Below are positions 28,067 to 36,651 of a stretch of DNA of 64,000 nucleotides, piece by piece (position 1 is the stretch's first letter; the number at the start of each line of letters is the position of its first letter). Under the pieces are notes generated by a model. That model searched no databases and was not told the DNA's origin. It saw nothing but the letters and a program-made list of their open reading frames with translations. Location of the stretch: NCBI RefSeq assembly GCF_054482595.1, contig NZ_JBTHVH010000004.1; one strand, given 5' to 3'. The stretch comes from a plasmid. The position numbers and the translations under genes are program-made.

Positions 28067-28277
28067 CCAAACTCTCTCAGGAATAATATCTTTGAGATAG
28101 ATTAACACGCTTAATTTGGATTATTTTTTGGTTCAGGTTCTAAATTTATTGTGATTATTCTGCCTTTAAGTTGCAAAAAGATTGGTTTTAAGCCCGCCCA
28201 TGAAATAATGACTTGTTAAAATACTGCCTGTAAATAGGCTTGTGGATACATGTCTGTACTCAACAAATCAAGGTGAA

Positions 28278-28796
28278 ATGATGTTTTTTTTAACAAAGTT
28301 ACTTTTGCCCATCATGATTGTTGTATTCCCAGTGGCGTCCTGGGGGAACTCAACAACTTTTGAGGCAAAGGTGGTTAAGATTGTTGACGGTGACACCATA
28401 ACTGCGTTGGATGCTCAAAACACAACCATCAAAATACGGATGTATGGTATAGACGCTCCTGAATCTAAACAGGCTTTTGGCCAAAAAGCAAAACAGGCCT
28501 TAACCACAGCTATAGCAACTAAAATCGTTACCGTGATAGACCATGGTACGGATATCTATGGCCGTATGTTAGGTACCATCTGGTTAGATGGATATGATAT
28601 CAATGCCTCTATGGTGGACAGTGGATATGCGTGGGTTTATCGGTTCGAAGATAACGCCATTGTCCCTGGCTATATCAAATATGAATCCGCAGCACAAAAG
28701 GAGGCAAAAGGGTTATGGGCAGACACCAACCCTGTCCCACCATGGCAGTGGAGACAGGCAAACGAAAAGCCCAGAAAGGTGAAAGAGAAGAAATAA
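28278..28796 (+). CDS. nuc: Staphylococcal-nuclease-like (thermonuclease) exported endonuclease
   Basis: It has a signal peptide (MMFFLTKLLLPIMIVVFPVASW) and an SNase core (VVKIVDGDTI…IRMYGIDAPE…YGRMLG…GYAW). An alternative start lies at 28242. Confidence 0.8.
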   Translation: MMFFLTKLLLPIMIVVFPVASWGNSTTFEAKVVKIVDGDTITALDAQNTTIKIRMYGIDAPESKQAFGQKAKQALTTAIATKIVTVIDHGTDIYGRMLGTIWLDGYDINASMVDSGYAWVYRFEDNAIVPGYIKYESAAQKEAKGLWADTNPVPPWQWRQANEKPRKVKEKK

Positions 28797-28798
28797 CC

Positions 28799-29695
28799 AT
28801 GATGAAAGAGCCTCATCCGTTACTTCAGTTGGTACTAAACGATTCCGGTCGTCTAACCATGCCTGTTTATTATAGAGATCAACAGTATTGCCCGACTTGC
28901 CTTACAAAGGTGTTGAAGAGTGAGGATGGAAGTTTGGCGCACCTCGGGGAAATAAATCAAAATACATGTAGACCTTCTATTTCAGTAGTTGTGACAAAAG
29001 CAATTATTGAAATGTTATGTGACGGGGAAAAAATATATGTAAATCCAATACGACACCGAGGCCGGGTGCTGGCACCCTCAGTAATTTTTTCTCCCGACAC
29101 TCACACTTTCAAACCGTTTATAAATACAGACTATCAGCCTGTGGGAGCAAACTGGAAAAGTGAAAAGGGATATAAACTCGGTCTGTTTTATCTCAAAGAT
29201 CGAGCCAACTCTATCAATAAAGAGGAATTTGATTTCATTGCCGTTATAGACCCTGAGGCAATGCAGAAAGAATTTATTTCGGCCTGGTCTGAGGTTGATG
29301 AAAAAAATCCATTGGAAACGCTGAAGCAGATCTTACGATCTAAAAACAACTCTTCTTTATGGGTAAAATGGCCTGGCAAAATTGAGCATGCGCAAAAAGG
29401 AAATTACAACGAAAATTACTGGTTCGATTATCAATCTGATAATCAGGAAGTGAACTGTACGGTCTCTGTTGTAGGTATCGAAGGTAACAGTTCCGGTGAG
29501 ACAATTTATAGATTGCAAACTTTGCTAAAGCGTAAGCTCAATGAATATCAACTGGTTCGGTCTTTAGGGACTATTATGCTTCTTGATAATACCGGGAATA
29601 TGATTCCATCAAACCATCCTTATTTTGAAGTCATCTCAAAAGCATGTATAAATGGAGTGCGTGACTTTGTTCGTCAAAACCCGTGGGTAGTCTGA
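28799..29695 (+). CDS. Hypothetical protein (298 aa) with N-terminal CxxC
   Basis: It starts 2 nt after the nuc stop. It contains YCPTCLTKV…H…C near the N-terminus. No family was recognised. Confidence 0.5.
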   Translation: MMKEPHPLLQLVLNDSGRLTMPVYYRDQQYCPTCLTKVLKSEDGSLAHLGEINQNTCRPSISVVVTKAIIEMLCDGEKIYVNPIRHRGRVLAPSVIFSPDTHTFKPFINTDYQPVGANWKSEKGYKLGLFYLKDRANSINKEEFDFIAVIDPEAMQKEFISAWSEVDEKNPLETLKQILRSKNNSSLWVKWPGKIEHAQKGNYNENYWFDYQSDNQEVNCTVSVVGIEGNSSGETIYRLQTLLKRKLNEYQLVRSLGTIMLLDNTGNMIPSNHPYFEVISKACINGVRDFVRQNPWVV

Positions 29696-29742
29696 CGGTC
29701 AACTATAAAGCATAATATAATTAGTAATAACAAGGAACAGAC

Positions 29743-30150
29743 ATGAATGAAAACTCAGTAATCTTAATAAGTTTATTTTGGTTTTTTTTGGGATCGAGTG
29801 TTGTAGCTGGTTTTATGGATGCATCATTATATTGCTGGATTTTTGCAGCCATAAGCGCATTGTTTCTTCTTTCGGTGATACAAACACCAAAGGAGTTAAC
29901 GGTATCTATTAGTCATATGACAAGCAAAACGCTGATCTCAAAGACAGATGATGGATACACATTTAGCATTTCACCTTACGGAGACGGGTACCGCTTATCA
30001 GTCTCGCCTGAAAATCGTCACAATGGTACCCAAAGCTTTGACGGCTGGTTCCCACGTTTTTTTTCCGAACCACAGTATGCCAAATCATCTTTAACTAAAT
30101 TTCTCGGTGAGTCCTTAGTATGGGAAGAAGATTCAAGTAATGCTCTATGA
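29743..30150 (+). CDS. Small membrane protein (135 aa; 2 predicted TM segments plus a soluble tail)
   Basis: AAGGAA RBS upstream. The N-terminus is hydrophobic: ILISLFWFFLGSSVVAGF / YCWIFAAISALFLLSVI. Confidence 0.5.
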   Translation: MNENSVILISLFWFFLGSSVVAGFMDASLYCWIFAAISALFLLSVIQTPKELTVSISHMTSKTLISKTDDGYTFSISPYGDGYRLSVSPENRHNGTQSFDGWFPRFFSEPQYAKSSLTKFLGESLVWEEDSSNAL

Positions 30151-30195
30151 GATTACTTATTATAAATTTTTCTATTAATCTCCATGGAGTGATAT

Positions 30196-30450
30196 ATGAA
30201 TTTGGCCTATTTTTTATTTTTGTCTATAACTGTTATGCTTACGAGCTTTATTATTAAATCACTTGTCGTATTGGTAAAGTTCAAATTACTTCGTGATGAA
30301 CGTCTCGAATATACCAGCAATAAAAATATTGATGAGATGTACGATTTAATGAATGCGAAGGAAGAAATCCTCATAAGGCATCATAAGCAGATGTTGGCAT
30401 TGCATCTTTCACTATTAATATTCGTTCTATTTATTGCTTACATTTACTAA
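30196..30450 (+). CDS. Small membrane protein (84 aa; TM-helix-TM)
   Basis: GGAG RBS upstream. It has hydrophobic ends and a charged middle. Confidence 0.5.
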   Translation: MNLAYFLFLSITVMLTSFIIKSLVVLVKFKLLRDERLEYTSNKNIDEMYDLMNAKEEILIRHHKQMLALHLSLLIFVLFIAYIY

Positions 30451-30487
30451 AAATAATTTTATTCAACATTTCAACAAAGGGTTTTCA

Positions 30488-30775
30488 ATGGAAAGCTTCG
30501 AAACTGAACAAATGATTCAATATGCTTTCTACATAAATATCGTAATAACGACTGGTTTGGCATGGTTTTGCTTGCGGTCAGGATTGCATTACAATTTTTT
30601 CAGAAAAGCAGAGAGTGCCAGAACAAAAGGGCTGAGTAGTACCTCTACTGAACACGGTCCAGCAATAGTGAGACTAAAGAAGCTACAAGCATTAGTAGAT
30701 TTTATTAGTAACTGTGCTTTTCTAATCCTTTCAATTGGCACAGCTTATATTTTGTATGTTTGGAGCCACAGTTAA
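30488..30775 (+). CDS. Small membrane protein (95 aa; 2 TM)
   Basis: The start is taken at MESFETEQ. It has two hydrophobic segments separated by a basic loop. Confidence 0.45.
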   Translation: MESFETEQMIQYAFYINIVITTGLAWFCLRSGLHYNFFRKAESARTKGLSSTSTEHGPAIVRLKKLQALVDFISNCAFLILSIGTAYILYVWSHS

Positions 30776-30844
30776 CTCATACGAGGTAACTTCGGCAGGT
30801 AACAACTTCTAATGCAGGACTTTAATAACTCTAAGGGATTCTAC

Positions 30845-31042
30845 ATGAAAAAAGACGATCTAATTACGCGTTGTAAATTACTTAAAGGCGAACGCGATGA
30901 GTCTATCTTTACCATATTAATTGGGATAGTAGTAAAGCTGGGGCTGGTAGGCCTGGCATTCTATCTGTTGCTTGGTTCCACGATTGATTGGTCAAGCTGG
31001 AAAACTTATGCCGCCATGTTGATCTTGGGAGCATTTCTCTAA
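30845..31042 (+). CDS. Small membrane protein (65 aa; 2 TM)
   Basis: The start is taken at MKKDDLI after an AAGGGA. Hydrophobic segments are IFTILIGIVVKLGLVGLAFYLLL and YAAMLILGAFL. Confidence 0.45.
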   Translation: MKKDDLITRCKLLKGERDESIFTILIGIVVKLGLVGLAFYLLLGSTIDWSSWKTYAAMLILGAFL

Positions 31043-31156
31043 AATCTTGAACCTTTTTTCACTCATTACAAGCCATGACCTAGTGCGTAGATCATACGAT
31101 CTTTAAACCTTATGTCATTGATTTATAAGTACATATAACAAAGATTATGTTAAATA

Positions 31157-31172
31157 CTGTATGTATGTACAG
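31157..31172. promoter_or_regulatory. LexA (SOS) box candidate
   Basis: taCTGTATGTATGTACAGca versus the E. coli consensus TACTGTATATATATACAGTA shows 3 mismatches in 20, with a perfect CTG-N10-CAG core. Confidence 0.6.
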
Positions 31173-31378
31173 CATCAACAGTTGCCCCCCTCATATTGAG
31201 GTAATTGCTACATTCATACCACTATTCTTCTTATAGTATCGACATCCTGAATTATTGCACCCTACTGCTTTGTCTTTAGCTGTTCCGAATTAAAATTCAT
31301 TGCTCAATTTGGATCACATGACGATCAGCGTATTCCTTTGCTTTATCAAAGTTAAGTTTTTAAAACATAAGATATGTA

Positions 31379-31840
31379 ATGACAAATTCTCAATCTGATT
31401 TTCCTTTGAACGATCAAAATTTTCAGGCAGATTTGCTGAAAATCAAAAAGGTTTTCGCCGACCTTATAACGCAGGCATCAGATGGTAAGATACCCATAAG
31501 GTCTTCTCATGTACACGGCTTACACCATTTCGAGGAGCTCTACATCCGGGCAAGAGCAGGCATGTGTTCGGTCCTGGGATATCCGGTCATGGTTGTTTCA
31601 ACTATCTCAGTTAAAGAGCCCGGCACAGGCATTTTTAGAGCGCTTCTTGCAGAATTGAAATGTATTGCAGATGAACAAAATTACATTTTGAAAATTGAAA
31701 ATGTACTGCCTCCCCTATTCCGCAAATACCTTATTCAAGAAGGTTTTGTTTTCCCAGGTGAACCTTGGATGTGTGGTTCCGGCTATTGGTTTAAGAACCC
31801 ACAAGTACTTCATGAAAATATTGAGTTATTATCTGTTTAA
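31379..31840 (+). CDS. Hypothetical protein, GNAT-fold-like (153 aa)
   Basis: VKEPGTGIFRALLAELKCIADEQNYILKIENVLPPLFRKYLIQEGF resembles GNAT motif A and the following beta strands. This is a pattern-level call only. Confidence 0.35.
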   Translation: MTNSQSDFPLNDQNFQADLLKIKKVFADLITQASDGKIPIRSSHVHGLHHFEELYIRARAGMCSVLGYPVMVVSTISVKEPGTGIFRALLAELKCIADEQNYILKIENVLPPLFRKYLIQEGFVFPGEPWMCGSGYWFKNPQVLHENIELLSV

Positions 31841-31869
31841 GTCGATCTAACAATTTCACTGGAGCTAAC

Positions 31870-32277
31870 ATGTCCCCGGAATTGGTATCAGACATTGCAA
31901 GAGTGGCGCATGAAAAGCTACTTTCAATTTTAACGGAGTGCGGCATAGAGAAGACGGCAGGCACTTGCCTTTTTGCAAGCTATCTTGTGTGTTATTTAGC
32001 AAAAACTAAAGGTCTAGATGCTGTTGTCCGTGGGGGTAACGGTGCAGATGATGGCGGTATATTTATAGAGTGTGGTGGCTTTGGCCATTATTGGTGTGAG
32101 TTGAATTTCGAAGAAGTGCAATATTATATTGACATCACTTCCGAACAGTTTGGGTTTCATCCATACATAGTGAAACTCGCCAACGATATAACAGGATGGC
32201 CTCGATATATTCCTGGTGATCAGGAAACGGTCGATAGTCATTTAGAACAATTATTACGCGACGGCTATACAGAATAG
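31870..32277 (+). CDS. Hypothetical protein, transglutaminase/papain-like Cys-His-Asp candidate (135 aa)
   Basis: AGTCLFASYLVCYLAKTKGLDAVVRGG … GHYWCELNF…YYIDIT mirrors the GxCxxFA … HxW.E … D core of transglutaminase-like cysteine peptidases. A GGAG RBS lies upstream. Confidence 0.4.
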   Translation: MSPELVSDIARVAHEKLLSILTECGIEKTAGTCLFASYLVCYLAKTKGLDAVVRGGNGADDGGIFIECGGFGHYWCELNFEEVQYYIDITSEQFGFHPYIVKLANDITGWPRYIPGDQETVDSHLEQLLRDGYTE

Positions 32278-32304
32278 GCTGCGTATACCCTATCGCAGCC
32301 TTTC
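32277..32304. terminator. Bidirectional hairpin terminator between convergent genes
   Basis: GGCTGCG-tataccctat-CGCAGCC followed by TTT. Confidence 0.55.
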
Positions 32305-32327
32305 AGGCTCTTAACCCTTGTGACCTG

Positions 32328-32855
32328 TTAACGGAACCACTCAGGATGACGCTGCCGATCAACTTTGATAACCTGCGAATTAAATTCAACGACATCCGCT
32401 GGAGTAAGCATTAATTCATCAGGATTTACAATAAATGGTCTTAAAACCACTTCGCCACCGTCTTCTTTTGCACCGTAGATATTAATAAGAAAGTGCAGTC
32501 GTTGATTTCCTTCAGCATTGCGTTGCCATTCTCTAAAAGTCAAAGTTTGTTTAATATAGTTTGTTAAAAGAAATGCGAATTCAGATTCTTCCGTTTGTGA
32601 GATACCGATTTTGTTAGACATTTTTTTTAGTATCTTTCCGAGCATGGACACACAGGCATCTAGACTTAACGATGTTGAAATTTTGGTCGTATTAAAATCC
32701 TCCTGCGAAAGTGAAATCATCCATGTATTATCTTTATGATAGTCGGTAATATAAATAAAATGAGATGTAAAAGGCGTTGAGTGATTGAACTCTCCTAAGT
32801 TCCATCCATACTGACTCACTGTATTTGAGCTAAGTTCTTTGTCGGTAATGTTCAT
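32328..32855 (-). CDS. Hypothetical protein (175 aa)
   Basis: ORF only, with no motif recognised. Confidence 0.4.
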   Translation of the reverse strand: MNITDKELSSNTVSQYGWNLGEFNHSTPFTSHFIYITDYHKDNTWMISLSQEDFNTTKISTSLSLDACVSMLGKILKKMSNKIGISQTEESEFAFLLTNYIKQTLTFREWQRNAEGNQRLHFLINIYGAKEDGGEVVLRPFIVNPDELMLTPADVVEFNSQVIKVDRQRHPEWFR

Positions 32856-33021
32856 AATTCATACCTTTCGATAAAGTCTGTAATGATAATTAGCTATCTC
32901 AAAGGACCAGAACAACTCTTGAAATAACCACACTCGAAGAATTTATCATATTGAACACCCCTACCTAATAACCTTGCCGACTTAATAAATCACAATAGCC
33001 CTCCCCTGACATTTTAAAATG

Positions 33022-33408
33022 CTACTTGAATTTTTGATAGCTTATGGTTGTTTTATGTTCTTTGTGATACGCATATGTCATCTTCTCTTTCCAGTACCAA
33101 TCTTGTAGATCCTGCAAGTCTAGCCCATTTTTCTCACGTATGCTTTCGTGTAATTCGCTAAGCGCGAGTTTATCATTAGGTTTATAAATGGCTAATTTTT
33201 CTTCAAATAAATCCAGCCAACGTTTCCCCATCTTACGACGCAAAACAAACACCATCGTGATAAATGTAATGAAATGCACAGCAATTAGTTCCAACTTATG
33301 CGATTGCTGACCAGATAAAATTACTATTGTAACAACAGGGATGGCCGTATATAAAGCAATCAAAGCGACCATAAGTTGGTATGGTTTTTCCCGTATTACC
33401 ATGTTCAT
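33022..33408 (-). CDS. Hypothetical membrane protein (128 aa; 2 TM plus a cytoplasmic tail)
   Basis: Hydrophobic segments are LMVALIALYTAIPVVTIVIL and LIAVHFITFITMVFVL. Confidence 0.4.
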   Translation of the reverse strand: MNMVIREKPYQLMVALIALYTAIPVVTIVILSGQQSHKLELIAVHFITFITMVFVLRRKMGKRWLDLFEEKLAIYKPNDKLALSELHESIREKNGLDLQDLQDWYWKEKMTYAYHKEHKTTISYQKFK

Positions 33409-33448
33409 GGGTAAACCAGAGGACGCTACTGCTTGCCAAAATCTTAAA

Positions 33449-33486
33449 GGGGAGCCCGCAGAATTCGGAAAAAATCGTACGCTAAG
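33449..33486. repeat. Tn1721 38-bp IR (outer end at 33449)
   Basis: GGGGAGCCCGCAGAATTCGGAAAAAATCGTACGCTAAG. Confidence 0.9.
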
Positions 33487-35235
33487 GTTTTCCGGGCATC
33501 CGTAAGGGCCGAAACTTCCCGTCTTCCAGTCTGCGGCTCTGCCGCCAGACGTAATCGCCGGTTAGGTTGATGTGCTCCCAGCCCAGCGGCGACAGGAATT
33601 GCAGCAGCTCGCCGTCCACCGGCTTGCCGGCCTCGACCAACCCCTGGGTGGCGCGTTCCAGGTACACCGTGTTCCACAGCACGATAGCCGCCGTCACCAG
33701 GTTGAGGCCGCTGGCCCGGTAGCGCTGCTGCTCGAAGCTCCGATCCCTGATTTCCCCAAGGCGGTTGAAGAACACCGCCCTGGCCAGCGAGTTGCGCGCC
33801 TCACCTTTGTTCAGGCCGGCATGCACGCGGCGGCGCAGTTCAACACTTTGCAGCCAGTCCAGGATGAACAGCGTGCGCTCGATCCGGCCCAGCTCGCGCA
33901 GGGCCACGGCCAGTCCGTTCTGGCGCGGGTAGCTGCCGAGCTTGCGCAGCATCAGCGAGGCGGTGACGGTGCCCTGCTTGATCGAGCTGGCCAGGCGCAG
34001 GATGTCGTCCCAGTGGGCACGCACGTGCTTGATGTTCAGGGTGCCGCCGATCAGCGGGCGCAACGTCGGGTAGGCTTGCACGCCCTGCGGCACGTACAGC
34101 TTGGTTTCGCCGAGGTCGCGGATGCGCGGCGCGAAGCGGAAGCCTAGCAGGTGCATCAGGGCAAAGACGTGATCGGTGAAGCCGGCCGTGTCGGTGTAGT
34201 GCTCCTCGATCCGCAGGTCGGACTCGTGGTACAGCAGGCCGTCGAGCACATAGGTGGAATCGCGGACGCCGACATTCACCACGCGGGTGCTGAACGGCGC
34301 GTACTGGTCGGAGATATGGGTATAGAACAGCCGTCCCGGCTCGCTACCGTACTTCGGGTTGACGTGCCCGGTGCTCTCGCCCCGGCCACCCGCGCGGAAG
34401 CGCTGGCCATCGGAGGATGAGGTCGTGCCGTCGCCCCAGTGGGCGGCAAAGGCGTGGCGATACTGGTGGTTGACCAGCTCGGCCAAGGCCGCCGAATAGG
34501 TTTCGTCGCGGATGTGCCAGGCTTGCAGCCAGGACAGCTTGGCGTAGGTCAGGCCGGGGCTCGACTCGGCCATCTTGGTCAGCCCGAGGTTGATCGCATC
34601 ACCGAGGATTGCGGACAGCAGCAACGTCCTGTCTTTGGCCTCGGCCCCGTCCTTCAAGTGGGTGAAGTGGCGGCTGAAGCCCGTCCAGTCGTCCACGTCC
34701 ATCAGCAGTTCGGTGATCTTGATGCGCGGCAGTAACTGGCTGGTTTGGTCGATCAGCGCCTGCGCCCGATCCGGCACCGCCGCATCCAGCGGGGTGATTT
34801 TCAGCCCTGACTCGGTGAGGATGGCATCGGGCAGCTCGTTGTCCTTGGCCAGGCGGGTGACGGTGGCCAACTGCTCGTCCAGCAGCTGCAAACGCTCTTC
34901 CAGGTACTGGTCGCTGTTCGGGTTGATCGCCAGGGGCAGGGCCTGCTCGCGCTTGAGTGCGGCGAACTTCTCGGCCGGCAGCAGGTAGTCGTCGAAGTCG
35001 CGGAACTGCCGCGAGCCCTTGACCCAGATGTCGCCGGAGCGCAGGGCGTTCTTCAGCTCGGACAGGGCGCAGATTTCGTAGAATTTCCGGTCGAGGCCTT
35101 CCGGGGTGATCACCAGCGGCTTCCAGCGCGGCTTGATGAAGGCCGTGGGTGCATCGGCCGGCACCTTGCGCAGGTTGTCGGCGTTCATCTCACGCAGGGT
35201 CTGCACGGCTGCCAGCACGCCTTGCGCGGCCGGCC
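33482..35235 (-). pseudogene. tnpA: Tn1721 right-end truncated transposase copy (C-terminal ~580 aa)
   Basis: It aligns with residues ~400-983 of the Tn21-type TnpA in this window. The N-terminal residues of the ORF are unrelated. Confidence 0.85.
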
Positions 35236-35329
35236 CGTGCTGTTCCCCAACTTTTCGCTCGGCGAAGAGTATGAACATGCGCCGCCGGCGACGAATCGCC
35301 AAATCTCACCGTATCTCCCGAGCGGACGA

Positions 35330-35629
35330 TTTCGCACCGGTCTGCCCGTCGAAGGGCTTGCGATCGAACGGGGCGACCTTTTCTATGCATGTCCGCGAGC
35401 CAGCGTCTTTTATGGCACGGCGCTCGACGCCGACCTTCGGACGCGCGGCGTAAGCACGCTTGTCATGGCCGGGATAAGCACCACCGGCGTTGTTCTTTCA
35501 AGCGTCGCCTGGGCTAGTGATGCGGACTACGACGTGCGTTTGGTCCAGGACTGCTGCTACGACCCGGATCGGGATGCCCACGAAGCTCTGTTGCGTTCCG
35601 GGTTCGGCGGACGTGTACAGGTCGTGTAA
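35330..35629 (+). pseudogene. Isochorismatase-family (cysteine hydrolase) C-terminal fragment
   Basis: …RASVFYGTALDADLRTRGVSTLVMAGISTTGVVLSSVAWASDADYDVRLVQDCCYD…. Confidence 0.55.
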
Positions 35630-35766
35630 TTTTCGGGCCTCGCATGATCGCGGCCATAGCCGCAGGTGGATTGGTGCGAGGCAGGGCCAGTCCAAGTCAG
35701 GGTGCGGTCATCGCGGCGCCTGCAACTCTCAAAAACCCATCGCCGTAGCGGAGGTCTTGTAATCGC

Positions 35767-36651
35767 ATGTCATTACGCACGCCCGATTTATTGTTCACAG
35801 CGATAGCACCTGCCATTTGGGGCAGCACCTACATTGTCACCACCCAATACCTGCCGAACTTCTCACCGATGACGGTCGCGATGCTGCGGGCGTTGCCGGC
35901 GGGTTTATTGCTCGTGATGATCGTCCGACAGATTCCAACGGGAATCTGGTGGATGCGCATCTTCATCCTCGGCGCACTTAATATTTCGCTATTCTGGAGC
36001 TTGTTGTTTATTTCGGTCTACCGCCTGCCGGGCGGGGTCGCGGCGACGGTAGGCGCTGTGCAGCCGCTGATGGTCGTGTTCATCTCTGCCGCTCTGCTAG
36101 GTAGCCCGATACGATTGATGGCGGTCCTGGGGGCTATTTGCGGAACTGCGGGCGTGGCGCTGTTGGTGTTGACACCAAACGCAGCGCTAGATCCTGTCGG
36201 CGTCGCAGCGGGCCTGGCGGGGGCGGTTTCCATGGCGTTCGGAACCGTGCTGACCCGCAAGTGGCAACCTCCCGTGCCTCTGCTCACCTTTACCGCCTGG
36301 CAACTGGCGGCCGGAGGACTTCTGCTCGTTCCAGTAGCTTTAGTGTTTGATCCGCCAATCCCGATGCCTACAGGAACCAATGTTCTCGGCCTGGCGTGGC
36401 TCGGCCTGATCGGAGCGGGTTTAACCTACTTCCTTTGGTTCCGGGGGATCTCGCGACTCGAACCTACAGTTGTTTCCTTACTGGGCTTTCTCAGCCCGGG
36501 GACCGCCGTGTTGCTAGGATGGTTGTTCTTGGATCAGACGCTGAGTGCGCTTCAAATCATCGGCGTCCTGCTCGTGATCGGGAGTATCTGGCTGGGCCAA
36601 CCTTCCAACCGCACTCCTAGGGCGCGTATAGCTTGCCGGAAGTCGCCTTGA
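35767..36651 (+). CDS. pecM: EamA/DMT-family transporter PecM (Tn1721)
   Basis: 294-aa polytopic protein in the Tn1721 position downstream of tetA(A). Confidence 0.85.
   Translation: MSLRTPDLLFTAIAPAIWGSTYIVTTQYLPNFSPMTVAMLRALPAGLLLVMIVRQIPTGIWWMRIFILGALNISLFWSLLFISVYRLPGGVAATVGAVQPLMVVFISAALLGSPIRLMAVLGAICGTAGVALLVLTPNAALDPVGVAAGLAGAVSMAFGTVLTRKWQPPVPLLTFTAWQLAAGGLLLVPVALVFDPPIPMPTGTNVLGLAWLGLIGAGLTYFLWFRGISRLEPTVVSLLGFLSPGTAVLLGWLFLDQTLSALQIIGVLLVIGSIWLGQPSNRTPRARIACRKSP

Noticed and set aside
26639-28796. The Dcm-like methylase plus the adjacent divergent nuclease, considered as a classical type II restriction-modification pair.
   Set aside because: The nuclease has a signal peptide and a non-specific SNase fold, so it should act outside the cytoplasm. 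It is not a plausible CCWGG endonuclease. Only the weaker hypotheses in the findings are retained.
29743-33408. Small membrane proteins considered as a phage-type holin/lysis cassette or a bacteriocin lysis/immunity set.
   Set aside because: No endolysin, spanin, bacteriocin-sized toxin gene or phage structural gene is nearby. The idea is unsupported by anything beyond protein size and hydrophobicity.
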